A DNA stretch of 64,000 nt from an uncultured Clostridia bacterium. Lineage in GTDB: Bacteria; Bacillota; Clostridia; Christensenellales; UBA1242. Both the position numbers and the translations under genes were made by a program. The notes beneath the pieces are model-generated. The model saw nothing but the letters and a program-made list of their open reading frames with translations, was not told the DNA's origin and searched no databases. The stretch is from NCBI GenBank assembly GCA_947649575.1, contig CANSRZ010000004.1, positions 2,107 through 66,106 of the forward strand, written 5' to 3'. This document shows, in pieces, positions 50,949 through 60,562 of the stretch. Position 1 is the first letter of the stretch, and the number at the start of each line of letters is the position of its first letter.

Positions 50949-51299
50949 TTGACAGTTGATACTAATAACTACTATGGCAACATTTCCATCAGCGACAACA
51001 CTATCAAAGTTGTGGCTGGTTTTGCTGCGCTTGACTGCTATGGCGTTGTTGACCTTGTGGCTCGTTCTATCAAAGATAGTGCCAAACAATTGTTGAAAAA
51101 AGAATCTTATTCAAAAGGGATTAAGATACACCACATCGACAACAGAATTTATATTGACGTGTATTGTATTTTGAAGTATGGTGTTTCTGTTAGCGCTGTT
51201 GCTGAAAGTCTTAGAAACACAGTTAAGTATACCGTGGAAAATTTCACCGGTATGCTTGTTGATGCAGTTAATGTTCATGTTGTCGGTGTACGAGTATAG
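50949..51299 (+). CDS. Asp23/Gls24 family protein (YloU-like)
   Basis: YGNISIS...DCYGVV...YGVSVSAVA...VNVHVVGVRV; TTG start after GGAGG. Confidence 0.9.
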   Translation: MTVDTNNYYGNISISDNTIKVVAGFAALDCYGVVDLVARSIKDSAKQLLKKESYSKGIKIHHIDNRIYIDVYCILKYGVSVSAVAESLRNTVKYTVENFTGMLVDAVNVHVVGVRV

Positions 51300-51307
51300 G
51301 AGATATC

Positions 51308-52942
51308 ATGATAAAAACTATTAATGGAGCATCATTCCGCAAGATGATTGTGGCTGGTGCTGGCTTGCTTGAACAAAATAAAAAATACGTTGACCAACTC
51401 AACGTTTTTCCTGTTCCAGACGGAGATACTGGAACAAATATGTTTCTTACAATGAAATCTGCTGTGACAGAGGTTTCTAAATGTATTGATAATAATGTTG
51501 CTTCACTTAGTGATGCTTTTGCCAAAGGCGCTCTCCGCGGCGCAAGAGGAAACAGCGGCGTAATCACTTCACAAATTTTTAAGGGATTTTGTACTGAAAC
51601 TGCTAAGGTTAGTGAAATCACTACCAAGGTTTTTGCCAAGGCTATGCAAGAGGGGGCTAACATTGCTTACAAAGCTGTGACTAAGCCAAAAGAGGGCACA
51701 ATCCTCACAGTTATCCGTGTTATGGCTGAAAACGCTGTTAACGTTGCAAAAAAATGCGACGATTTTGAGGAATTCTTTAAACGCGTGCTTGATACGGGTG
51801 AAGAAATCTTGCGTCAAACTCCTGAAATGCTTCCTGTTCTTAAAAAAGCTGGCGTTGTTGACGCTGGCGGACGCGGAATTATCGTTATCTTTACTGGTTT
51901 TTATAAATATCTTATGGGTGAAGAGAACTTTGAGTTTGATTTTAGTTATGAACGTCCTACTCAATCAGTTGACGACGTGATTGCTGATATCAATAATCTT
52001 GGCGAAATTCAATTTGGATATTGCACAGAATATATGATTATCCATATGAATAAAAAGACAACTGAGGCTGATATTGATAAGCTCCGCGAGAAGCTTATGG
52101 CAATCGGGGATAGTGTTATTTGTATTGGAGACCTTAATCTTGTTAAAGTTCACGTGCATTCAAATGACCCTAACAAAGCAATTGGCTACGCGCTTGAACT
52201 TGGCGAGATTTATAACATCAAAATCGAGAACATGAGAGAGCAAAATCGTGAACTTTTGAAGCGTGCGAATACTTTGGAAGAGACTAAGGAGATTGGCATG
52301 GTTGCCGTTGCTGCTGGTGAGGGCCTTGCTGCTATTTTCAAAGATTTAAGCGTTGATGAGGTCATCGTTGGCGGACAAACTATGAATCCGTCTGCTGCTG
52401 ATATTGCTGCCGCAGCTGATAAAGTGCCTGCAAGAAATGTTATTGTTTTTCCAAACAACAAAAATATTGTGCTTGCCGCTCAACAGGCCAACGATTTGAC
52501 CAATAAAAATCTGATTATTATCCCAACTCGCAGTGTGCCAGAAGGCATAACAGCTTCGATTGCTTTCAATCCTGACGCAAGTGTGGAAGAAAATCAAGAG
52601 GCTATGAATGAGGCTATTAAGACAGTTAAATCTGGCTCTGTAACTTATGCTGTGCGTGATACCCATGTTGACGGTTTTGACCTTGCTGTTGGCGAAATTA
52701 TTGGACTTGACGATAAAGCTATCTTGGCAAAAGGCAAACTTGTATCGGACACAACTATTCGTTTGATTGAAAAACTTATGAGCGATGAAATCATGAATGT
52801 GACTTTGTTCTATGGCGAAGATATTCGTGAAGAGGATGCAAATGCTTTACAAGAAGAGCTTGCTGCTAAGTATCCTGATTGTGAAATCACTGTTGCTTTT
52901 GGCGGACAACCAGTTTATTATTACCTTGTTTCTCTTGAATAA
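51308..52942 (+). CDS. fakA: DAK2-domain fatty acid kinase subunit A (YloV/FakA)
   Basis: LNVFPVPDGDTGTNM, GARGNSGVI, GYCTE, GGQTMNPS, GGQPVYYY. Confidence 0.93.
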   Translation: MIKTINGASFRKMIVAGAGLLEQNKKYVDQLNVFPVPDGDTGTNMFLTMKSAVTEVSKCIDNNVASLSDAFAKGALRGARGNSGVITSQIFKGFCTETAKVSEITTKVFAKAMQEGANIAYKAVTKPKEGTILTVIRVMAENAVNVAKKCDDFEEFFKRVLDTGEEILRQTPEMLPVLKKAGVVDAGGRGIIVIFTGFYKYLMGEENFEFDFSYERPTQSVDDVIADINNLGEIQFGYCTEYMIIHMNKKTTEADIDKLREKLMAIGDSVICIGDLNLVKVHVHSNDPNKAIGYALELGEIYNIKIENMREQNRELLKRANTLEETKEIGMVAVAAGEGLAAIFKDLSVDEVIVGGQTMNPSAADIAAAADKVPARNVIVFPNNKNIVLAAQQANDLTNKNLIIIPTRSVPEGITASIAFNPDASVEENQEAMNEAIKTVKSGSVTYAVRDTHVDGFDLAVGEIIGLDDKAILAKGKLVSDTTIRLIEKLMSDEIMNVTLFYGEDIREEDANALQEELAAKYPDCEITVAFGGQPVYYYLVSLE

Positions 52943-52957
52943 AAGTTATATTTATAT

Positions 52958-53075
52958 TACTTCTTCTTTTTTGAAAAAAAGAAGCAAAAAACTTCTAATT
53001 ATTAACATTTCTAAAATTGGCTTTTGTTTAAAATCTTCGAATTTATTGTTCGCCAATTTTGCGAAATGTTAAAAT
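52958..53075 (+). repeat. Family B-related ~120-bp repeat after fakA
   Basis: CTTCTTTTTTGAAAAAAAGAAGCAAAAAACTT-x-TAATTATTAAC shared with 8345-8460 (-) and 60258-60385. Confidence 0.75.
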
Positions 53076-53104
53076 AAAAATTCTTTTATTTCTATATTAA
53101 AACA

Positions 53105-53140
53105 AAAATAGGTTGAGAATATTATTCAACCTATTTTTTT
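53105..53140. terminator. Bidirectional terminator
   Basis: AAAAATAGGTTGA-GAATATTAT-TCAACCTATTTTTTT. Confidence 0.8.
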
Positions 53141-53175
53141 AGATAATCTATGTTTTTCATATGTAATGTTCGTTG

Positions 53176-53835
53176 TTAACGAACGATTGTTTCTGATGCC
53201 GTTGGGTAGAGTGGCAAGTCGCCAATTCCAGGGCAAACGGAAGGAGATGAAGCCGCTTGACATGGTGGAATTACTGGGTAGCCATATGATGGCAACAATA
53301 TATCTACAACAGAAGTCACTTTCATAAGAATTTGGATGCAAGCTGTTACTGTAAAGCTGCTGTCTCCTGTGAAAGTTCCTATTGTGCTAGAGAATAATGC
53401 TGTTGCGGTGATATTCACTGGGCTGAGTGATGGTTGTGGCACAAAGAGCATAACTTCTTTGCGAACTGTTACTGTTGCATTGCCTGTTCCTAAAACACCA
53501 TTGGCATCACGATAAGTTACTACAACTGGGATTGTTATTGTTGCTGTAACATTAGCATAATTTGGCGATTGGTCAAGTCTATCAATTGTGATGTCTGATA
53601 TTGTGGCAGGGTTGGTTTGAGAACTTTGCGCTGACACATATGTAAGTGGCAGAGTTGGATTCTCAGGGGTTAAATCGGTTACTTGAAGCACAACGCCTGT
53701 TTCTGTTGTTTGGCAAACACATGCATCAAAAACTTTTGTTGTTTCAATCATAACCTTTTCGCAAATTCCGCTAAGCGGATTGCCTTGAATTGGACCCGGA
53801 CGATTCGGATTCGTGTTGTTAATATAAAATGACAT
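53176..53835 (-). CDS. Hypothetical T/P/V/C-rich protein, possibly spore coat or exosporium associated
   Basis: CEKVMIETTKVFDAC and LLPSYGY motifs recalled from clostridial spore-layer proteins; GGAGG SD; CATAATATA upstream. Confidence 0.55.
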   Translation of the reverse strand: MSFYINNTNPNRPGPIQGNPLSGICEKVMIETTKVFDACVCQTTETGVVLQVTDLTPENPTLPLTYVSAQSSQTNPATISDITIDRLDQSPNYANVTATITIPVVVTYRDANGVLGTGNATVTVRKEVMLFVPQPSLSPVNITATALFSSTIGTFTGDSSFTVTACIQILMKVTSVVDILLPSYGYPVIPPCQAASSPSVCPGIGDLPLYPTASETIVR

Positions 53836-54041
53836 TAAAAACCTCCATTTATTTAGCAAATTTTAGGTTTTGGCGTCAAAATATTTCCGCCAGCAAAAGT
53901 TTGCTACAATATATATTATGCAAAAGTGTATGTTGGAAGTGATAAAAAACTGCAAAATTTTTTATGAAATAATTCCCTAATGAATAGTTCTGCTGACTAA
54001 TTGCAAAATGATAAAGATAAGTTTCTGTCCGATTAAATCTT

Positions 54042-54130
54042 GCGAAGTCTGGCTTTGTTCCCGTGTCAACTGAAAATAATTTAATTTTGTTCAAGATTTA
54101 GTTGACACGGGGGGGGGAATTTGCTACAAT
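54042..54130 (+). promoter_or_regulatory. Poly-G promoter cassette, copy 4 (G9 plus an extra A, 17-bp spacer, TACAAT)
   Basis: IR 54060-54071/54100-54111; TTGACA 54102, TACAAT 54125. Confidence 0.85.
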
Positions 54131-54310
54131 AATTTTGAGTTGGCAATGTCACTTCTTAAAATTACTGCAAAATTGAGTAAATTGTGTAAAATATTTGACT
54201 AATTTTATCAAAAAATATACAATTTACTTAATTATGGCGTAGACCCAAAAGTTAAATTACAAAAAATAAAAATTACTACATTGCATATGCTAAAAAACAA
54301 AGGAGCAGAT

Positions 54311-57300
54311 ATGAAAAATAAAGTGAAATTTTCAAGAAAAGCAAAAATTTGGACAAGCATAGCTTCCGCAGTATGTGCAATAGTGCTTGCAATAGGTCTG
54401 CCCCTTGGGCTGGCTGATTTTTCGCATAAAAATGAGCCTAAACCTGAGCAATTAGTGCAAGGTGCAACCGCGCCAACCAATGATAGCTATTGGGATGAGG
54501 ACGTCTCCCGCGTTGACACCGACTGGGCAGGTTCAGGTACTAAAGATGACCCATGGCTAATCACCTCAGCAGCCGAACTTGCAGGTTTGAGTTATTCTAT
54601 TCAAAACAATACTAAATCTGAATATTTGATAAACAGTAGCTATTATTATTTATATAAATATTTTAAGCAAACAGAAGATATAGATGTTTCTTCTTATTGG
54701 TGGCGACCAATAGGTTTTGATTATGACAAAAATGGAACTTTCGCTTCGAGATATTTTTCTGCCATATATGATGGAGATGGTCACACTGTTTCTGGGATAT
54801 TTACAAAAGCATATACTTCGTCTGATACCACAGATGCGCAACGTTATGCAAAAAGTCGACAAGGCTTATTTGGCCGGTTACAAGCTATCTCAGGTACTAC
54901 TGCGCATATTATGAATTTAGGAATTAGAGATTCAAAAATAGAGGGCTATCAATATGTTGGCGGCATTGTTGGCTATGCTAGTAGTTATTCAAGAGAAACT
55001 AATTGCTATAATAAAGCTGAAGTAAGCAGTTATTCAAATGCTGGTGGCATTGTTGGATATAGTCATGCAACAATATTAACCAATTGCTATAATACAGGAT
55101 TTGTTAATACAAAAAACAATTATGTTGGTGGGCTTGTTGGAGCAAGTAGTACCGTTCAAATAAGTAATAGTTTTAATACAGGGAATGTAAACGGCAATGA
55201 AGATGTTGGTGGTCTTATTGGTAACGGCAATCCTAGACTATTTAGTTGTTATAACACAGGAAACGTAGTAGATAATTATAGTGGTGCTGGCGGAATAATC
55301 GGTTACAGAACTTCTTCTAATAATATGGAAAATTGTTATTATGGCGGTAATTGTAATTTATCAAAAGGAGTTGGAGGAGGCTCTGGCAGTGATACAACAA
55401 CCAAAATTGCTAATTTGAATTCAACAAATTATGCAAAAAATAAGGATTGGTATACTAATAGTTCAAATTGGTCTAGTTCTGCTAAATGGGACTTTGGCAA
55501 TGTTTGGGAGATAAATAAAAACAAAAACGGCGGTTATCCTGCGTTTAAGTGGCAAAAACCTGAGCCAACCAATGATAGTTTTTGGGATGACGATATTTCT
55601 CGCGTTAGGATGACTTGGAGTGGCTCGGGTACTGAAGCTGATCCTTGGCTTATCAATTCAGCAGAGGAGTTGGCAGGATTAAGTTATTCAATTTATTGGA
55701 ATAAAAAGTCTGCATATTACTCATCTGGTACATATTATGCTGGCAAATATTTTAAACAAACCACAGATATTGATGTTTCGGCTTATTGGTGGAGACCGAT
55801 TGGGGTGGAATCTAGCCCTGTCTCAACAAGTTTTATTGGACGATTTGCTGGCAATTATAATGGAGCAGGATATACTATTTCTGGTATATTTACAAAGAAA
55901 GGTACAGATTATGGCTCATTATTTGGCTATATTTTTAATTTTGGTACAGCCAGGTCTACAATACAGAATTTAGGGATAAAAGATTCTTATGTACATGGTG
56001 CTGGAATTGTAAAAGAAGCAGCGAAATGTAATATAATCAATTGTTTCAATTCAGCAACTGTAAATGGAAGTGGAGTCAATGGTGGAATTGTCGGAGAATT
56101 GTTTTCAACAAGTACAATTTCAAATTGTTATAACGATGGTGAAATTATCAGTTCGGGAAGATATGTTGGTGGAATTGTTGGCTCGGCAGATGGGAATATA
56201 ACTAATTGTTATAATGTAGGCAAAATCACTGGAAAAACAGGTGTGGGTGGTATTGCAGGATTTGGTTTAAAAATTACAAACTGCTTTAATACAGCTTTGA
56301 TAACTGCAAACACTCAGTATGCAGGTGGTATTGTTGGTGAAAACGAAGGCGAAGAACCAATTTCGAATTGCTATAATACTGGGAAAGTTATTAGCCCAAA
56401 AGACGCGGGTGGAATTATTGGACATTATTATGACACAACTGTGACTATAACAAATTGCTATTATGGCGGAGCTTGCTCATTAGTTACAGGAGTTGGTAAT
56501 AAAACAGGCGGAATCTATCGCGGCCAAACTTTATCAGGCAAAAGCGAAGCCAAAAACAGCTCATGGTATTCTTCGACTTCTCAAACGGTTGGAGTAACTA
56601 CTTGGAATAGTACTTATCCATGGGATTTTACAAATGTGTGGAAGATAAAAGGGTCTAATGACGGTTATCCAGTGTTTAAGTGGCAACCTGATCCAACTTG
56701 GATAGATTTTGCAGACACAAATTGGTCAGGAACTGGTACTAAGGATGATCCATATATTATTGACAGCGCGGAGAAACTGGCGGGAATTGCTAAAACGACT
56801 AACGCAGGGACGACTCATGTTGGGGAATATTTTAAACAAACTGCAAACATTGACTTAAGCGGCTATGAATGGGTCCCAATTGGATATTATTTAAATTATT
56901 TTGATACATATGATGAAGACGATTTTGAAGAATGGATGCCATTTGTAGGCAATTATGATGGTGGAAATTTTATAATCAAAGGCATGACAATAAACTCGAA
57001 TTTGGAAGCAACTCATGATTATATGGATAATGTAAATTATTATGCTGGATTGTTTGGCACTGTGGGTGATTCAAATTGCAATATTGAAATTAGAAATGTA
57101 AGATTGCTCAATTCGCAGATAAAAGTTTTAGACAATGGCAGAGTTGGAGGACTTATAGGTGATGTGGATTGTATCCAATTGATTGTAGAAAATTGTGAAG
57201 TGGATTGTGATATAGAATCTAAAGCAGACAACGCTGGTGGCGTAATAGGATTTGATTATAATTCTATCATTAAAGATGTTATAAATCGTGGAAATATTAG

Positions 57301-57919
57301 TGGAAGAACTAGGATTGGCGGAATAATCGGTGGCGGCGCTGGAGGTGAAGTAATTAATTGCCAAAATTATGGAGATATAACAAGTACTACTGGAGGTTCA
57401 GTAGGCGGAATAATCGGCTTTATGTATGGTAGTTCAGTATATAAAATAGACAAATGCATAAATGACAGTCGTGTTAATGGCTCAACAGCGGGGCTTATTG
57501 TTGGTAATAGCGGTGGTGATAGCAGTAATATTAATACTACACTTGAAATTAACAATTGTATAGCACGTGGAACTTTGGATGCTAGCGGGAATTATGCTGC
57601 TGGGATAATTGGCAATTCTGGTCCTCAAGCAAAGAAAATTAGCATAAAAAACACTTTTGTTGATGCTGTGGCAACTACACAAATTAACATTTTTATTGGA
57701 CAAAGTAACTCGACAGTTATCACTATTGATTCATGCTATGGCAAAATAGGGTTTGACAAAGTTTATTCAGCTGGGACTTTCTCTGACTGGGGGTTAGTAT
57801 CAGGGATGAAGGATGACTTGCCTATGCAAAGAGAGTTATTCTTTATGGCTGGAGTTTCGACAGCAACTAGTGCTGATATTATTGCAAAACTAAATGAAAA
57901 AGGCTTTGAGCGAGTTTAA
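54311..57919 (+). CDS. Surface GLUG-motif protein 4 (three tandem modules)
   Basis: Shared leader; PTNDS(Y/F)WD...GSGT..DPWLI twice plus WSGTGTKDDPYIIDSAEKLAG; shared tail. Confidence 0.87.
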   Translation: MKNKVKFSRKAKIWTSIASAVCAIVLAIGLPLGLADFSHKNEPKPEQLVQGATAPTNDSYWDEDVSRVDTDWAGSGTKDDPWLITSAAELAGLSYSIQNNTKSEYLINSSYYYLYKYFKQTEDIDVSSYWWRPIGFDYDKNGTFASRYFSAIYDGDGHTVSGIFTKAYTSSDTTDAQRYAKSRQGLFGRLQAISGTTAHIMNLGIRDSKIEGYQYVGGIVGYASSYSRETNCYNKAEVSSYSNAGGIVGYSHATILTNCYNTGFVNTKNNYVGGLVGASSTVQISNSFNTGNVNGNEDVGGLIGNGNPRLFSCYNTGNVVDNYSGAGGIIGYRTSSNNMENCYYGGNCNLSKGVGGGSGSDTTTKIANLNSTNYAKNKDWYTNSSNWSSSAKWDFGNVWEINKNKNGGYPAFKWQKPEPTNDSFWDDDISRVRMTWSGSGTEADPWLINSAEELAGLSYSIYWNKKSAYYSSGTYYAGKYFKQTTDIDVSAYWWRPIGVESSPVSTSFIGRFAGNYNGAGYTISGIFTKKGTDYGSLFGYIFNFGTARSTIQNLGIKDSYVHGAGIVKEAAKCNIINCFNSATVNGSGVNGGIVGELFSTSTISNCYNDGEIISSGRYVGGIVGSADGNITNCYNVGKITGKTGVGGIAGFGLKITNCFNTALITANTQYAGGIVGENEGEEPISNCYNTGKVISPKDAGGIIGHYYDTTVTITNCYYGGACSLVTGVGNKTGGIYRGQTLSGKSEAKNSSWYSSTSQTVGVTTWNSTYPWDFTNVWKIKGSNDGYPVFKWQPDPTWIDFADTNWSGTGTKDDPYIIDSAEKLAGIAKTTNAGTTHVGEYFKQTANIDLSGYEWVPIGYYLNYFDTYDEDDFEEWMPFVGNYDGGNFIIKGMTINSNLEATHDYMDNVNYYAGLFGTVGDSNCNIEIRNVRLLNSQIKVLDNGRVGGLIGDVDCIQLIVENCEVDCDIESKADNAGGVIGFDYNSIIKDVINRGNISGRTRIGGIIGGGAGGEVINCQNYGDITSTTGGSVGGIIGFMYGSSVYKIDKCINDSRVNGSTAGLIVGNSGGDSSNINTTLEINNCIARGTLDASGNYAAGIIGNSGPQAKKISIKNTFVDAVATTQINIFIGQSNSTVITIDSCYGKIGFDKVYSAGTFSDWGLVSGMKDDLPMQRELFFMAGVSTATSADIIAKLNEKGFERV

Positions 57920-57924
57920 TAATA

Positions 57925-57951
57925 AAAAAGTGTGACTGTTGTCACACTTTT
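57925..57951 (+). terminator. Terminator after GLUG gene 4
   Basis: AAAAAGTGTGAC-TGTT-GTCACACTTTT. Confidence 0.8.
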
Positions 57952-57961
57952 GATTTTATAT

Positions 57962-57990
57962 TTGACAAGTGCAGTGATTTATGTTAATAT
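57962..57990 (+). promoter_or_regulatory. sigmaA promoter for prfB
   Basis: TTGACA-17 bp-TAATAT with TG extension. Confidence 0.7.
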
Positions 57991-58013
57991 TAAAAAGTTA
58001 AAAAGGAGTTTTT

Positions 58014-59112
58014 ATGGTTTTAGATATAGTTAAAGAAAAAATTGCAAATTTGAAAGAAGATTTTGCTTTTATAAAGGAGTGTCTTTGACAAGGCCAAACT
58101 TTTAACTGAACTTGAAAATTTGAAAGATGAACAAAGCAAGGACGGATTTTATCAAAATCAAAAATTAGCACTCGAAGTTGGCAAAAAAATCAGAATTATT
58201 GAAAATAAACTTGAACTGATTGCTGATTTTGAAAATCGTTTTGAGGATATTGACACTCTTGTTTTGCTTATTGATGAGGTTGGCGAAGAAGCTTCATTAG
58301 AAGCAGAACTGGAATCTTCTTTTGCAAAGCTTGAGCAGGACGTTGAAAAGGCAAGGGTTGATACTTTGCTTAGCGGAAAGTATGATAGTTATGATTGCAT
58401 AATCACTTTGCATGCAGGTGCTGGTGGAACGGAGGCTCAAGATTGGACGGATATGCTGTATCGGATGTACTCTATGTATTGCGACAAAGTTGGCTTCAAA
58501 AAGAGAGTTGTTGACGTGCTTGACGGTGATGAGGCTGGTCTTAAGGCTATCACTTTTGAGGTGTCTGGCACAAATGCATATGGCTATATGAAAGCTGAGA
58601 AAGGTGTTCATAGGTTAGTGCGAATTTCGCCTTTTGATAGCAATGCAAGACGTCACACCAGTTTTGCTAGTTGCGAGGTCATGCCAAAAATCGAGGACGC
58701 ACCTGATATAGAAATTAGGCCAGAGGATTTAAAAATTGACACTTATCGCGCTTCTGGTGCGGGTGGTCAACATGTTAACAAAACCGAAAGTGCTGTTAGG
58801 ATAACTCACATTCCTACAGGAATAATAACCGCATGTCAAACAGAACGCAGTCAAGTTCAGAACAAAGAATATGCTATGCAAATGCTTTATTCAAAGCTTG
58901 TGGAGCGTCAAGAGGCTGAAGAATTGGCAAAAATGGCTGAAGTTCGCGGAGAAATCAAAAAAATTGAGTGGGGTAGCCAGATTAGGTCGTATGTATTCTG
59001 TCCTTATACGCTTGTAAAAGACCACAGAACAGGTTTTGAAACAAGCGACATTCAAGGAGTTATGAATGGCAATATTCAAGACTTTATTAATGAATATTTG
59101 AAAAAAATTTAA
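58014..59112 (+). CDS. prfB: Peptide chain release factor 2, with programmed +1 frameshift at CTT TGA C (58083-58089)
   Basis: 24-codon first frame from ATG 58014; internal SD AGGAG 58075-58079; SPF and GGQ motifs in the second frame. Confidence 0.97.
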
Positions 59113-59132
59113 GTGGCATTGCCACTTTTTTT
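59111..59132 (+). terminator. Terminator after prfB
   Basis: AAGTGGC-ATT-GCCACTTTTTTT. Confidence 0.8.
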
Positions 59133-59188
59133 GTTGTTATTTTAATTTACTTGTTTTTTCTTGAAAGATGTGTTACAATTTGATTGTT

Positions 59189-60247
59189 ATGAATTACGAG
59201 CAAAGCATGAAAGATAAATTTAAGGCTTTAAGGGACAAAAAAGATGTCCTTATTTTGTCAATCGAGTCATCTTGTGATGAAACTAGTGTGGCAATTGTTA
59301 AGAACGGACGCGAGGTTTTGGCTAACATTATTGCAACTCAAATTGAAATCCATAGGCGTTTTGGCGGAGTTGTTCCTGAAGTGGCATCAAGAAATCATAT
59401 AACTGCTATTTCGAACATATTTGAAGAGGCGTTAACAGAGGCAAAAATTACTAAAAATGATATTGACGCAATTGCTGTGACTTATGGAGCGGGGCTTATT
59501 GGTGCGCTTTTAGTGGGAGTTAATTTTGCAAAAGCCTTGGCTTATAGCTTAGACATCCCTTTAATTGCTGTCAGCCATGTGCATGGACATATTTCTGCAA
59601 ACTATATTTCTCATCAAGCTTTAAAACCGCCTTTTGTTTGCTTAATGGTTAGTGGTGGGCATACAGCGCTTTTGCAGGTGGACGATTATAACAGCTTTAA
59701 ACTTCTTGGCACAACTGTTGACGATGCTGTTGGCGAGGCGTTTGATAAAGTTGCACGTGTGTTGGAACTTCCTTATCCTGGCGGCCCTGAGATTGACAAA
59801 CTTGCAAAAAGCGGGCAGAATAACATTAAGTTTACAATTTCAAACAGTTTGAAAGATAGTTTAAATTTTTCTTTTAGCGGTGTTAAAACTGGAGTTGTTA
59901 ATCTTGTGCATAATTTGAAGCAGAAAGGCGAGCAAATCAATAAAGCAGATATTGCATGTTCCTTTCAAGAGAGCGTGACTGACGAGCTTTGCGAAAAAGC
60001 AACTCGTGCAATCAAGCAAGCAGGCATAAACAAACTTGTTATTGCAGGCGGGGTTGGAGCAAACAGCTGTTTAAATGCAAAAATGCGCAAGTTTGCACAA
60101 GAAAATAATTTTGAAGTTTTTAGCCCAGTTTTAAAATATTGCACAGATAATGCGGCTATGATAGGCTCGGCGGGTTATTATATGCTCAAAGACGGCATAG
60201 GTCTTGCTGATTTAACGCTTTCGGCAAAGCCTAATGTAAGTTTGTAA
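59189..60247 (+). CDS. tsaD: tRNA N6-adenosine threonylcarbamoyltransferase
   Basis: IESSCDETS, GGVVPEVASRNH, HVHGH, VSGGHT, CTDNAAMIG; start codon uncertain. Confidence 0.96.
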   Translation: MNYEQSMKDKFKALRDKKDVLILSIESSCDETSVAIVKNGREVLANIIATQIEIHRRFGGVVPEVASRNHITAISNIFEEALTEAKITKNDIDAIAVTYGAGLIGALLVGVNFAKALAYSLDIPLIAVSHVHGHISANYISHQALKPPFVCLMVSGGHTALLQVDDYNSFKLLGTTVDDAVGEAFDKVARVLELPYPGGPEIDKLAKSGQNNIKFTISNSLKDSLNFSFSGVKTGVVNLVHNLKQKGEQINKADIACSFQESVTDELCEKATRAIKQAGINKLVIAGGVGANSCLNAKMRKFAQENNFEVFSPVLKYCTDNAAMIGSAGYYMLKDGIGLADLTLSAKPNVSL

Positions 60248-60257
60248 GTTTTTTGTG

Positions 60258-60385
60258 TTACTTTTCTCTTCTTTTCTTTGAAAAGCAAAGAAGCAAAAGA
60301 AACTTTTACTATTAACGCTTTCATATTTTTGCTTTAAATGAAACCTTTTTTCTGGCAAATTTGCAAAACTAAGAAAGCGTTAAAA
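60258..60385 (+). repeat. Family B-related ~120-bp repeat after tsaD, with a further head palindrome at 60519-60542
   Basis: Aligns by eye with 52958-53075; TTAACGCTTT...AAAGCGTTAA IR. Confidence 0.7.
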
Positions 60386-60562
60386 ACTAAATTTAATTTA
60401 GTTATCATTTAAAAGCAAATAAAGCAAGTTTGACAAAACGCAAGATTTTTTAAAAGTTTGCAAAAAAGAAGATATTGTTATATCAAAAAATGTTGCGTTT
60501 TGTTTAGTTTTCTTTTGATTACTTTTCTTGCAAGAAAAGTAATACATGAAAAAGGAGTTTTT

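Noticed and set aside
58083-58089. prfB pseudogene or sequencing frameshift
   Set aside because: It matches the canonical programmed frameshift signal.
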